From a virus (Duplodnaviria > Caudoviricetes), in IMG/VR virus record IMGVR_UViG_3300021387_000036, positions 1 through 64,000 of that record: 64,000 nucleotides of DNA. One strand, written 5' to 3'. The position numbers and the translations under genes were made by a program. This document shows, in pieces, positions 49,871-57,904 of this stretch (the first letter of the stretch is position 1; each line of letters begins with the position of its first letter). The notes under the pieces are model-generated. The model was not told the origin of the DNA. It worked only from the letters and a program-made list of their open reading frames with translations, and did no database searches.

Positions 49871-50812
49871 TTAAAACTTGAACCCACCCTGAGGTACTGT
49901 GGACTGAGCTGCTGGAGTTGCATTTCCGCCACTCTTATTATTTGCACGCCACTCTTCTGACCTTTTCTTATTTTCTGCAAGTGCTACTTCTCTATCCTGA
50001 AGAGCTTTCTTGAGTTCCTGAGCTGTTATAGTTTCATCTGTATCAAACTCATAAGGAGTTGGATTTGCACCTGTTATAACATATTCTCTAGTTCTACGTG
50101 TAACTGTATCTACTGTAGCCTCACCAAATGCAGACTCTGTTGTTTTTTCAACTTTTGTAAATACATTTACAATCTTTCCCCAAACCTTTGTATAAACTGG
50201 ATTATCATTACTAGCATCAAGTCCAAGGAAATATTTTCCTGCATCCGCATTTCTAGCAGTAAGAGTTATTGGAAGAAGTTCGTTTCTAAAGTTAAAAGTC
50301 ATACCTTTTACAGCTACATAACTATCTCCTTCTTCAGGAACAACTTCTGAAACATTATTAATGATAATATCAAGTTCAAACTTATTCCTTCCTATATCTC
50401 CTTCTGGATGAAGTGTGTTTTCAGCTACGATTGTAACAAAACCACCTTCGTTTCTTGGCTGTGTTACCACTGTATCCTGTCCCTCTGGGAAGAATTCATT
50501 TACTCCATATGAAGGATTAAGTCTAACTACTGTTGCAGCATCATAGCCATCTGTCATGACTGTCTTTCCAGATGTTATAATCTGCTTTAATGTATTATAA
50601 GTATTATTAGTCTTACCTGAATTATATACTGGTGGAACCCATGTATAATGAACCTGAACGATATTCTCCTGAGTTGAATCTACTGCAACATCAATTGTAC
50701 CTGCAATATATGGAGAACCAGGATTCTTTGAATTTTCACCAGATATCTTTTCACTTAAATCAAACTGATAAATCTTACCTTCAATATTCATTCTATTCTC
50801 ATTCTTACGCAT
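49871..50812 (-). CDS. Single-stranded DNA-binding protein
   Basis: Tandem OB-like beta pattern, flexible tail ending in F, high-expression codons, next to the Sak4-like gene; likely start MRKNEN. Confidence 0.7.
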   Translation of the reverse strand: MRKNENRMNIEGKIYQFDLSEKISGENSKNPGSPYIAGTIDVAVDSTQENIVQVHYTWVPPVYNSGKTNNTYNTLKQIITSGKTVMTDGYDAATVVRLNPSYGVNEFFPEGQDTVVTQPRNEGGFVTIVAENTLHPEGDIGRNKFELDIIINNVSEVVPEEGDSYVAVKGMTFNFRNELLPITLTARNADAGKYFLGLDASNDNPVYTKVWGKIVNVFTKVEKTTESAFGEATVDTVTRRTREYVITGANPTPYEFDTDETITAQELKKALQDREVALAENKKRSEEWRANNKSGGNATPAAQSTVPQGGFKF

Positions 50813-50847
50813 ATCTTTTTTCTCCTTTTTATTTTTCATATATTTAT

Positions 50848-50876
50848 ATTATATCAAAAATTTTAATCATTGTCAA
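50848..50876 (-). promoter_or_regulatory. SigA-like promoter (SSB operon)
   Basis: Perfect TTGACA-17-TATAAT with TG extension. Confidence 0.85.
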
Positions 50877-51252
50877 ATTCTGCTTCTATAGGCTGAAAAT
50901 TTATACCTTTTTCTGTTATTTTATATGATGCGGGATTGCCTGCCTTTTTCTCCACAAAGCCATCTTCAACGAGCTTTTTCATTGAACCTGATACAGAACG
51001 ACCTGACGTATCAATTCGTTCACCGAGTCCTTTCGCAGTAATCCAGTCATTAACTTCTTTTAAAGCATTAAGTATAACTTTTCCTTTTTCTGTAATTTCT
51101 TTCTTATTGGAACTAGCACCTTTCTTATAGTCTTCAAAGAATTCGATTGCTTCCATTGGAATAAATATACCCAAATGGAAATCAATATTATCTTTGTCAT
51201 TAAATAAAGCTTCTACTGTTTTAATAAAAATATCTTTTCTTTCATCTGTCAT
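50863..51252 (-). CDS. Winged-helix DNA-binding protein
   Basis: TAKGLGERIDTSGRSVSGSMKKLVEDGFVEK...YKITEKG. Confidence 0.7.
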   Translation of the reverse strand: MTDERKDIFIKTVEALFNDKDNIDFHLGIFIPMEAIEFFEDYKKGASSNKKEITEKGKVILNALKEVNDWITAKGLGERIDTSGRSVSGSMKKLVEDGFVEKKAGNPASYKITEKGINFQPIEAEFDND

Positions 51253-51297
51253 AGTTATTTTCCTCTTTTTTTATTATTTTCATTATTTTATATAATA

Positions 51298-51326
51298 ATT
51301 ATAACAAAATTTTTATTAAAAAGCAA
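51298..51326 (-). promoter_or_regulatory. SigA-like promoter
   Basis: TTGCTT-17-TATAAT with TG extension. Confidence 0.7.
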
Positions 51327-51335
51327 TATTTATTA

Positions 51336-51989
51336 CTAATAGTCTAAAAATATCAATTCTTTTGCAAATGGAAGAGTTTTTGCCCAATTTATAAATTGGT
51401 TCCACTCCGTGAGTCTATGACCCTTGCGCTGCCGCACAATAGAATAAAGATTTTCATAATTCATAGTTACTGTACGAGTCTGTAACCATGACTCAGGTAA
51501 CCATCTTATAAGTTCTTTCCAATATCTTTTATCTTTTGTTTCAAGATATTTTTTTCTACATATTTCTAAATCTTCAATTAGACAAGCTGCTGCACCTACA
51601 AGAGGAATAGAGTCATCTAGATCATCTATTTCAAAACAGTCAATAGTTATTGGGGTTGTGGCAAGTTTGTGCATTGTGCTTGTACTATTAGCGGTTGTAC
51701 CTATTTTGTAAGTATCGAATTCTTTCCACCAATATAAAGGCGCTGTAATATCAACAGATACTATAATTTGGCGCATAAACTTACGATGCTCTGGACCAGC
51801 TTTAATAAGTTTCTGGAGTAAAGCTAGATCATTTTTTCCAATAATAATTTCTTCTGGAGGTAATTCATAAACACCATATTTTGTTTTTTCAGTAAAAATA
51901 CTATCACTTCTATCCCAGCTATTCATAGGGTTACGAGCACCACGAATAGCATGCTTAAAACCCCATGTCTCTGTTTCTGTAAATTTCAT
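51336..51989 (-). CDS. Divergent ThyX-like (flavin-dependent thymidylate synthase-fold) protein
   Basis: H-R-K-F...DITAP...LP...T.TMNY..L...R..H.L.EW layout of ThyX, but the canonical RHRxxSxxxxSxR is replaced. Confidence 0.55.
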   Translation of the reverse strand: MKFTETETWGFKHAIRGARNPMNSWDRSDSIFTEKTKYGVYELPPEEIIIGKNDLALLQKLIKAGPEHRKFMRQIIVSVDITAPLYWWKEFDTYKIGTTANSTSTMHKLATTPITIDCFEIDDLDDSIPLVGAAACLIEDLEICRKKYLETKDKRYWKELIRWLPESWLQTRTVTMNYENLYSIVRQRKGHRLTEWNQFINWAKTLPFAKELIFLDY

Positions 51990-51990
51990 A

Positions 51991-52650
51991 TTATATAAAC
52001 TCCTCTAATATCTCGTCTGCAAAACCTAATTCAATAGCTTCTTCTGCAAAGAACCAAAAATCATCATTTTTCTTTTCTTTATACATTTCTTCTGTCATAT
52101 CAGTACATTCAAGAATATATTTCTTCATTCTTAATATAAGCTGGTCATAAAACTGTGAATAGTTCCTAAATTTACCAGCATCTACGAATCCATCTGTGGA
52201 AGTTGCGCCTTCATGGAACATAAAGCTCGCAGACGGATAACAAAATCTTCGATGACCTGTAATAAAAACGAGAAGTCCGCCACTATACGCACTGCCCATA
52301 TTAACTGTATAAACAGGAGTTTTTGACATTTTAATAGCATCTGCAATACTTAATGCGCCTACTAATGAACCACCTGGAGAATCTATTAAAAGTTTAATAG
52401 GTTTTCTTTCTTCTATTGGAATATCTTTATCTGCGAAATTCCAAAATCTTATTAAATGACATACTGCTTCACTTGACATATCATTAATTTCACCTAATAT
52501 TAAAACTCTATCAATAGCATCTTTGACTGCGGAAACCGCTTCTAAATCTATTAATTCTTTTGTGTTATTAAGCATTTCTATTAGAAGGTCATTTACTGTA
52601 ACATCTGCGATTGTTTTTCCTTCCATAAATTTCTTTTCATTCTCTGTCAT
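51991..52650 (-). CDS. clpP: ClpP-like serine protease
   Basis: IDSPGG, AYSGG (Ser), MFHE (His), DFWF (Asp), EAIELGFADEI. Confidence 0.9.
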   Translation of the reverse strand: MTENEKKFMEGKTIADVTVNDLLIEMLNNTKELIDLEAVSAVKDAIDRVLILGEINDMSSEAVCHLIRFWNFADKDIPIEERKPIKLLIDSPGGSLVGALSIADAIKMSKTPVYTVNMGSAYSGGLLVFITGHRRFCYPSASFMFHEGATSTDGFVDAGKFRNYSQFYDQLILRMKKYILECTDMTEEMYKEKKNDDFWFFAEEAIELGFADEILEEFI

Positions 52651-53555
52651 TATTTAACTCCTTTGTTTCCATTATAACCAAAAGTATTAGCTTGATATAA
52701 TTCTATAAAATATCTTTCTTTTTCATTTAATTCAGCTTGACTACATTCTTCAATTAATTCAAAAGTGAAGTTATTTAAACCATATTCTTGCATAGCTTTA
52801 TATAGTTTGTTTCCTGGAGGAGTATCAATACCAAGCCCGCATTTACAGTGCTGGTTCCATCTAGTATAAATGTCGACTGCTTGACCAATATAACATTCAT
52901 CTGTAATTAAATTTGTTATTTTATAGATACCTGTTTTTGTTTTATCTTGAAGTATTTGCGGAAACTGCTTTTTAGCAAGAGGCTGCCAGTATGTCTTCCA
53001 GACTAACATACTTAATATACGAGGTTTATTTAATTCTCGTTTTACAATTTCAAGTCTGCGGGAATCCGCTAAATCTGCTTCAGACGGGATTAATCTATAA
53101 TTATCCTTGTTCTCTTTTACCTCTTGCTCTTTCAGCATGGCTTTATGAGCTGCCGCCTTTGTTGCTTTTAAGGTATCTAAATCTTTTTGAATCTCTTCTT
53201 TTTCTGCATACAGTTTATTAATTTGTATATCAAATTCTTCTTCTGTTTGAGCATATTTATCTTCAAGAATTTCAACATATTTCTGATAAGCATTTTCTGC
53301 AAGCTGTTCATTAGATAATGATAGATTCATTAATATATCATTATTTTTAACAATATCATTATTTAATTGGTTTTTTGTATCTTGTGCTTTTTCTATTTCA
53401 TTTAAAATGTATTTATGAGCTAAATCTAGCTTTTGATTATCATTCTTTAAATAATTATTATACTGTAAAGTCTTTTTATCTATTTCTACTTTTTTAGAAA
53501 GTAGAATCCCTAAAATGATACATATAATTATTAAAATAATAACTAAAAATATCAT
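52650..53555 (-). CDS. Membrane-anchored coiled-coil protein with C-terminal GIY-YIG nuclease
   Basis: N-terminal TM helix MIFLVIILIIICIILGILL, long coiled coil, GIYKITN...YIGQA...RWNQH...EKE...GYN. Confidence 0.8.
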   Translation of the reverse strand: MIFLVIILIIICIILGILLSKKVEIDKKTLQYNNYLKNDNQKLDLAHKYILNEIEKAQDTKNQLNNDIVKNNDILMNLSLSNEQLAENAYQKYVEILEDKYAQTEEEFDIQINKLYAEKEEIQKDLDTLKATKAAAHKAMLKEQEVKENKDNYRLIPSEADLADSRRLEIVKRELNKPRILSMLVWKTYWQPLAKKQFPQILQDKTKTGIYKITNLITDECYIGQAVDIYTRWNQHCKCGLGIDTPPGNKLYKAMQEYGLNNFTFELIEECSQAELNEKERYFIELYQANTFGYNGNKGVK

Positions 53556-53569
53556 ATAATCTCCTTTTT

Positions 53570-53598
53570 AAAAAGGCTAGGCATTTTTGCCTAGCCTT
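53570..53598 (-). terminator. Intrinsic terminator
   Basis: AAGGCTAGGCA-AAAA-TGCCTAGCCTT plus T-run on the minus strand. Confidence 0.8.
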
Positions 53599-53652
53599 GA
53601 AATGATAACAATTTTGTTGATGGCGGGTACTTAATTGTTATATTATATTTAA

Positions 53653-53994
53653 TTACTCTGCCTGCTTAGCAGCAAGTTTTTCCTGAGCAATTCTAAGCTC
53701 TTCAGCCTCGATAGACTCAACTGTTGAGTTACGTCCCTTCTCAGTACACTTAATGAACTTAACCTGCTTATGTGTTACATTTCCATCTTCATCTGTTACT
53801 TCAATCTCGCCAGGGATTCTCTCTACATAATCCTTGTTAGCCTTGTTCTTGCCTGTACCAACAAGTGCTGAAGTAATTATACCATTAACTTTCTGAATAC
53901 CAAGACCTGTTGCCTCAGCGATGTCAGGTGCTGTAATGTTCTCTCCCTCATGTTCCTTAATGTAATTAAATACTGTCTTTGAATCTGCCTTCAT
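53653..53994 (-). CDS. Small HTH/winged-helix DNA-binding protein, probably abundant
   Basis: ITAPDIAEATGLGIQKVNGIITSAL; codon usage like the capsid and SSB genes; own promoter and terminator. Confidence 0.65.
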   Translation of the reverse strand: MKADSKTVFNYIKEHEGENITAPDIAEATGLGIQKVNGIITSALVGTGKNKANKDYVERIPGEIEVTDEDGNVTHKQVKFIKCTEKGRNSTVESIEAEELRIAQEKLAAKQAE

Positions 53995-54071
53995 GTTTCT
54001 TTTCTCCTTATATATATTATTTTATTTAAATAAGATGCTGGATGTTTTTTGCACCTTTATTTTATATAAAT

Positions 54072-54100
54072 ATTATACTAAAAATTTTTCTAAAAATCAA
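54072..54100 (-). promoter_or_regulatory. SigA-like promoter
   Basis: TTGATT-17-TATAAT. Confidence 0.7.
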
Positions 54101-54312
54101 TTAGCGTTGCCATACTTCTCAGTTATATACACATCTATTAAGAGTAGTTCTTCAGGATCAAGCGCCTGGGATAGTTTTATAAGTTCTTTCATAGAATCTT
54201 TATCTTCAGGGTTTTGTTCTAAAGCTTTTTCTAATTTCCATATTTTTTCAGCTTTTTTCTGTACTTTTCTACGAACTTCCCTATTTAATTTAGGCATGTC
54301 TTCGTTCATCAT
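54097..54312 (-). CDS. Hypothetical protein
   Basis: RBS GGGGAGG. Confidence 0.6.
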   Translation of the reverse strand: MMNEDMPKLNREVRRKVQKKAEKIWKLEKALEQNPEDKDSMKELIKLSQALDPEELLLIDVYITEKYGNAN

Positions 54313-54616
54313 TATCCTCCCCTGATATAGTATACTCTGCGTCTCCTACAATCATAAGAGGACCGTTAAAAGATACTGCATTAGAAAATGCTTCAAACTC
54401 TGCATCTGTCATATAAAATTTCCATCCAACTAATTCTCCATTATAAAATACTTTTTCCATTCCATCAAGACACTCGCCCCTTATGACACCACCAGTATAC
54501 ATATTGGTTGTTAAAGTCCCTATACATTCATATGTTTTTCCATTATAGTTTACTAGAAAATGTACTCTTTTATTAAGAGGGCAATTAAATAAATTTGGTT
54601 CCCATACTTGTATCAT
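54290..54616 (-). CDS. Hypothetical protein
   Basis: ATGA overlap with the ligase stop. Confidence 0.55.
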   Translation of the reverse strand: MIQVWEPNLFNCPLNKRVHFLVNYNGKTYECIGTLTTNMYTGGVIRGECLDGMEKVFYNGELVGWKFYMTDAEFEAFSNAVSFNGPLMIVGDAEYTISGEDNDERRHA

Positions 54617-56571
54617 TTTATCATCTCCATTAAATCTGATTCTGTAATAATAGGAATATTTAGTTCTTTAGCTTTTTTATTTTTTGCGGAAGTGCTATTT
54701 ATATCATTATTTATTAAATAATTAGTTTTTGTAGAAATTGATGACAAAACTTTTCCGCCATTAGATTCTATTAAGTCTATTAATTCTTGTCTATTCTTAA
54801 AATTTTGAAGTTTTCCTGTTATTACAAAATTCTGAGTTTCTAATTTAACAGTTTTGTCCAAATGCTCTTCAGGTTTAAATGTCATATAATTTACAATAGC
54901 ATCAGCCTCTGTATAATCAAATTTATGAAGTGCGGAATCCATTTCATATCCAAAACCATTCCATCGTGTAAAATCAAAATTAGTATCTATTAAATCTCTA
55001 AATTCTTTCCAAGTTTCTACTTTTTCACAAATTTGTTTTGATACACGGGAACCGATTAAAGGTATCCCTAATCCAGATATAAATGCGTGAAGCGGGGCTT
55101 CCGCAAGTCTATCATCAATAGCTTTAAGTATTTTATCTACTGATGCCTGACCAAAACCTGGTTTACTAATCCATTCTGCACGATGTTCTTTTAACTTAGG
55201 AATATCTGTTATATTATCAACCCATCCCCAATCTATAAGTTTTTCAAGAGTTTTTTCTGAAAGTCCTTTAATATCGAGACCTTTCTTTCCGCAGAAATGG
55301 TTAAGTCTCTGAATTAATTTACCCGCACATTGAGGATTATCACATCTTAATTCTTCAACACCTGTTTCAGATTTCCATATATCACAAATACTTCCGCAAG
55401 CTGGACATACAAAATATCCATCTATACCATTGCGGTCACAGGTTGCACCACCCGCCGCAACTATTTCTCCATAATCTCTTTTATCTGCCCATGTAATTTG
55501 TGGAATTATCATGTTCATTTTTGCAACCTTAATGCGTTCACCATAATATGGGTCACGTCCAAGAGTATCATACATAACACTCATATTATGAAGTGAAGCT
55601 CTTTCAACCGTAGAGCCATCTATATCAATAGGTTCAAATACAGCCACAGGTGTTAAAACACCATTTCTTGATACATCGTAGTCAATATCTATTAATCTTG
55701 TTTCATATTCTTCATCATAAAATTTATAAGCAAGCCCGCCTTTGAAGTGATGGTCTGTTTTTCCAGCTGCATTATATTCGATAGCTTTATTATATTTAAA
55801 TACTACTCCGTCGATTGGATATGAAAGTGCTTCACATCTATTTTTAATCCATGTTATAGAATTTTCTTCGTCATATATATTATAAGTATATGGAACGATA
55901 ATAAATCTATGATGAAAAAGAAAATCCAATTTTTCATTCATATCAAAACCTGGAGTTATTATATCCCATGCTACAAAAGTAAGGTTTCTATTATGACACT
56001 CTTTATTATTAAGAAGTCTAATACTGCCTGCTGCATAGTTACGAGGATTTTTATATCCTTCACCAACTTCTTCAAAATCTTTGTAAGTACAAATTATTTC
56101 TCCATCAACAGTAAGAGGTTTTTTATATCTAATTTTTTTAGGTATAGAAGGAATAACAAGAGCATTGTGAGTTATATCTTCTCCAACCTCACCATTCCCT
56201 CTTGTTTCTGCAGAAATCAGCTTTCCGCCCTCATAATGTAAAGAACAAGTTAAACCATCCATTTTAGCCATAACAATGTATTCTTTATTACCAATAAAAG
56301 ATTTAACTTCTTCTATATTTTTTGTTTTATTAAGAGATAACATCGGATGATTATGCTTAACTTTTTTAAGTTCACTTACTTCTTCAAAATGAATAACTTG
56401 AGTAGGTGAATCTGGCTGAATACAATTAGGATATTCCTTTTCATATTCTACAACTTCAAAATACCAATCATCCCACTGTTTATCTGAAACTATTGGATGA
56501 CCTTCATCATATGCTTTTGTCCATGCGTTAAGACATTTTATATGGTTAATATAAGTTTCATAGCTAATCAT
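54613..56571 (-). CDS. ligA: NAD-dependent DNA ligase
   Basis: HPMLSL, KMDG, TRGNG, NPRN, DGVV, Zn finger CPAC...C...C, HhH repeats, C-terminal BRCT. Confidence 0.95.
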   Translation of the reverse strand: MISYETYINHIKCLNAWTKAYDEGHPIVSDKQWDDWYFEVVEYEKEYPNCIQPDSPTQVIHFEEVSELKKVKHNHPMLSLNKTKNIEEVKSFIGNKEYIVMAKMDGLTCSLHYEGGKLISAETRGNGEVGEDITHNALVIPSIPKKIRYKKPLTVDGEIICTYKDFEEVGEGYKNPRNYAAGSIRLLNNKECHNRNLTFVAWDIITPGFDMNEKLDFLFHHRFIIVPYTYNIYDEENSITWIKNRCEALSYPIDGVVFKYNKAIEYNAAGKTDHHFKGGLAYKFYDEEYETRLIDIDYDVSRNGVLTPVAVFEPIDIDGSTVERASLHNMSVMYDTLGRDPYYGERIKVAKMNMIIPQITWADKRDYGEIVAAGGATCDRNGIDGYFVCPACGSICDIWKSETGVEELRCDNPQCAGKLIQRLNHFCGKKGLDIKGLSEKTLEKLIDWGWVDNITDIPKLKEHRAEWISKPGFGQASVDKILKAIDDRLAEAPLHAFISGLGIPLIGSRVSKQICEKVETWKEFRDLIDTNFDFTRWNGFGYEMDSALHKFDYTEADAIVNYMTFKPEEHLDKTVKLETQNFVITGKLQNFKNRQELIDLIESNGGKVLSSISTKTNYLINNDINSTSAKNKKAKELNIPIITESDLMEMIK

Positions 56572-56576
56572 ATTTA

Positions 56577-56750
56577 TTACCTCAATTTCCTCAATAAAGA
56601 CTTAAAATATTCTAATTCTTCTTTATCTTCTTTATCTCTATCTTCATCCTCACTAATACAACAACATTCAGATTTCCATATGCTAGTAGCTTCTTCAACT
56701 TTTTCTTTATATAGTTCATAAAGTTCATCTATTACCTCATTCATATTCAT
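56577..56750 (-). CDS. Small acidic protein (57 aa, below the ORF-track cutoff)
   Basis: RBS AGAGGT; MNMNEVIDELYELYKEKVEEATSIWKSECCCISEDEDRDKEDKEELEYFKSLLRKLR fills the gap between the radical SAM and ligase genes. Confidence 0.6.
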   Translation of the reverse strand: MNMNEVIDELYELYKEKVEEATSIWKSECCCISEDEDRDKEDKEELEYFKSLLRKLR

Positions 56751-56758
56751 CACCTCTT

Positions 56759-57298
56759 TTATATTTTTCTAAATATACTATCTGGATTTGGTTTAAAATC
56801 TTTTTGCCATTTTCTTTCTTTAAAAATAAAATTTTTATCATATACAATTTTATCTTTGAATTGAGGAAAAACATATATAAGTATATTTTTATTAAGAGAA
56901 CGAATTATAGGACGCTTTCTAATATAGTTATTAAAAATGAATGCATCTACTGTACTTTTAATCGAAATTGTTAATCCATCTATATAAGATAACTTACCAT
57001 TATCCATTAAATAAGAACCTAACTCCGCAGCATTTGTATAAACAATAACTTTCTTAATATTTTTATATAGATGTTTATATTTTTTAGCAATATTATAAGG
57101 GTTACTATAAATAAAAGGTTCTCCTCCAGTTATATATATTTCTTCAGCATTTTGTAATTCTTCATGTATAACATATGGAATAGTATTTAAGTCATACTGA
57201 TTATTACAACAATCAGGACACGTTCTATCACATAATGAAGTAACCATTAAATGAATCTTTTTTTGAGTGATTTCTGTTTTCTCATTTAAACTTGCCAT
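56759..57298 (-). CDS. Short radical SAM protein (possible NrdG-like activase)
   Basis: CDRTCPDCCN (CxxxCxxC), ITGGEPF, VYTN. Confidence 0.75.
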   Translation of the reverse strand: MASLNEKTEITQKKIHLMVTSLCDRTCPDCCNNQYDLNTIPYVIHEELQNAEEIYITGGEPFIYSNPYNIAKKYKHLYKNIKKVIVYTNAAELGSYLMDNGKLSYIDGLTISIKSTVDAFIFNNYIRKRPIIRSLNKNILIYVFPQFKDKIVYDKNFIFKERKWQKDFKPNPDSIFRKI

Positions 57299-57300
57299 AG

Positions 57301-57576
57301 TTATTTATCACCCCACTGAATTAAATGATATATATTTAAAATATCATTATTATTTTTTTCTACAATATTTTCATTATCTATATTAATAACAACATATCCT
57401 TCTGTTTTTAGTATTTCACAAACAGTAGGCATTAAATGTATATTAACATAACACTGTCTTAGCCCTTTATTAGCAGCTTCTTTAATTAATACATTTACTA
57501 TTGCTATTTCATCATTTATTTCACCTTTGTTTAATTCCGAAATTCTTTTTGCTTCATCTATTTTTATTAATCCCAT
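57301..57576 (-). CDS. Hypothetical protein
   Basis: RBS GGAG before the ATG at 57576. Confidence 0.55.
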   Translation of the reverse strand: MGLIKIDEAKRISELNKGEINDEIAIVNVLIKEAANKGLRQCYVNIHLMPTVCEILKTEGYVVINIDNENIVEKNNNDILNIYHLIQWGDK

Positions 57577-57608
57577 ATTTTTATCTCCCATTTCTTTTAT
57601 CTATAATA

Positions 57609-57637
57609 ATTATATCAAAAATTTTAATAAAATGCAA
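57609..57637 (-). promoter_or_regulatory. SigA-like promoter
   Basis: TTGCAT-17-TATAAT with TG extension. Confidence 0.7.
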
Positions 57638-57661
57638 AAAGAGGAGCTAATGCTCCTCTTT
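57636..57661 (-). terminator. Terminator of the gyrase operon
   Basis: AAGAGGAGC-ATTA-GCTCCTCTT plus T-run. Confidence 0.75.
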
Positions 57662-57904
57662 AATCTCTATACTATTTTCAATCATTATATCTATTTTTTT
57701 ACCACGCATAAAAATACAGGTATACGGTTTATGATGCAAATTAAATTGTTTAACTATTTCATCTACATAATATCCATGTATCTCTATATGACAATTATTG
57801 CAATGTAAATGTAATACACCTGGCCCACTCATATCAAAATTCCACCATGTTTGAGTATTACAATTTGGACATATAGGAGGATTATCTAATAATTGCTTTG
57901 TCAT
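57647..57904 (-). CDS. Small zinc-ribbon protein
   Basis: CPNC...CNNC; ATGA overlap with the gyrA stop. Confidence 0.6.
   Translation of the reverse strand: MTKQLLDNPPICPNCNTQTWWNFDMSGPGVLHLHCNNCHIEIHGYYVDEIVKQFNLHHKPYTCIFMRGKKIDIMIENSIEIKEEH

Noticed and set aside
51991-52650. ClpP as the prohead maturation protease
   Set aside because: It is on the replication arm, and the head module has its own protease-scaffold gene.
52650-53555. Free-standing GIY-YIG homing endonuclease
   Set aside because: The N-terminal TM helix and coiled coil, C-terminal nuclease and absence of DNA-binding repeats do not fit homing endonucleases.
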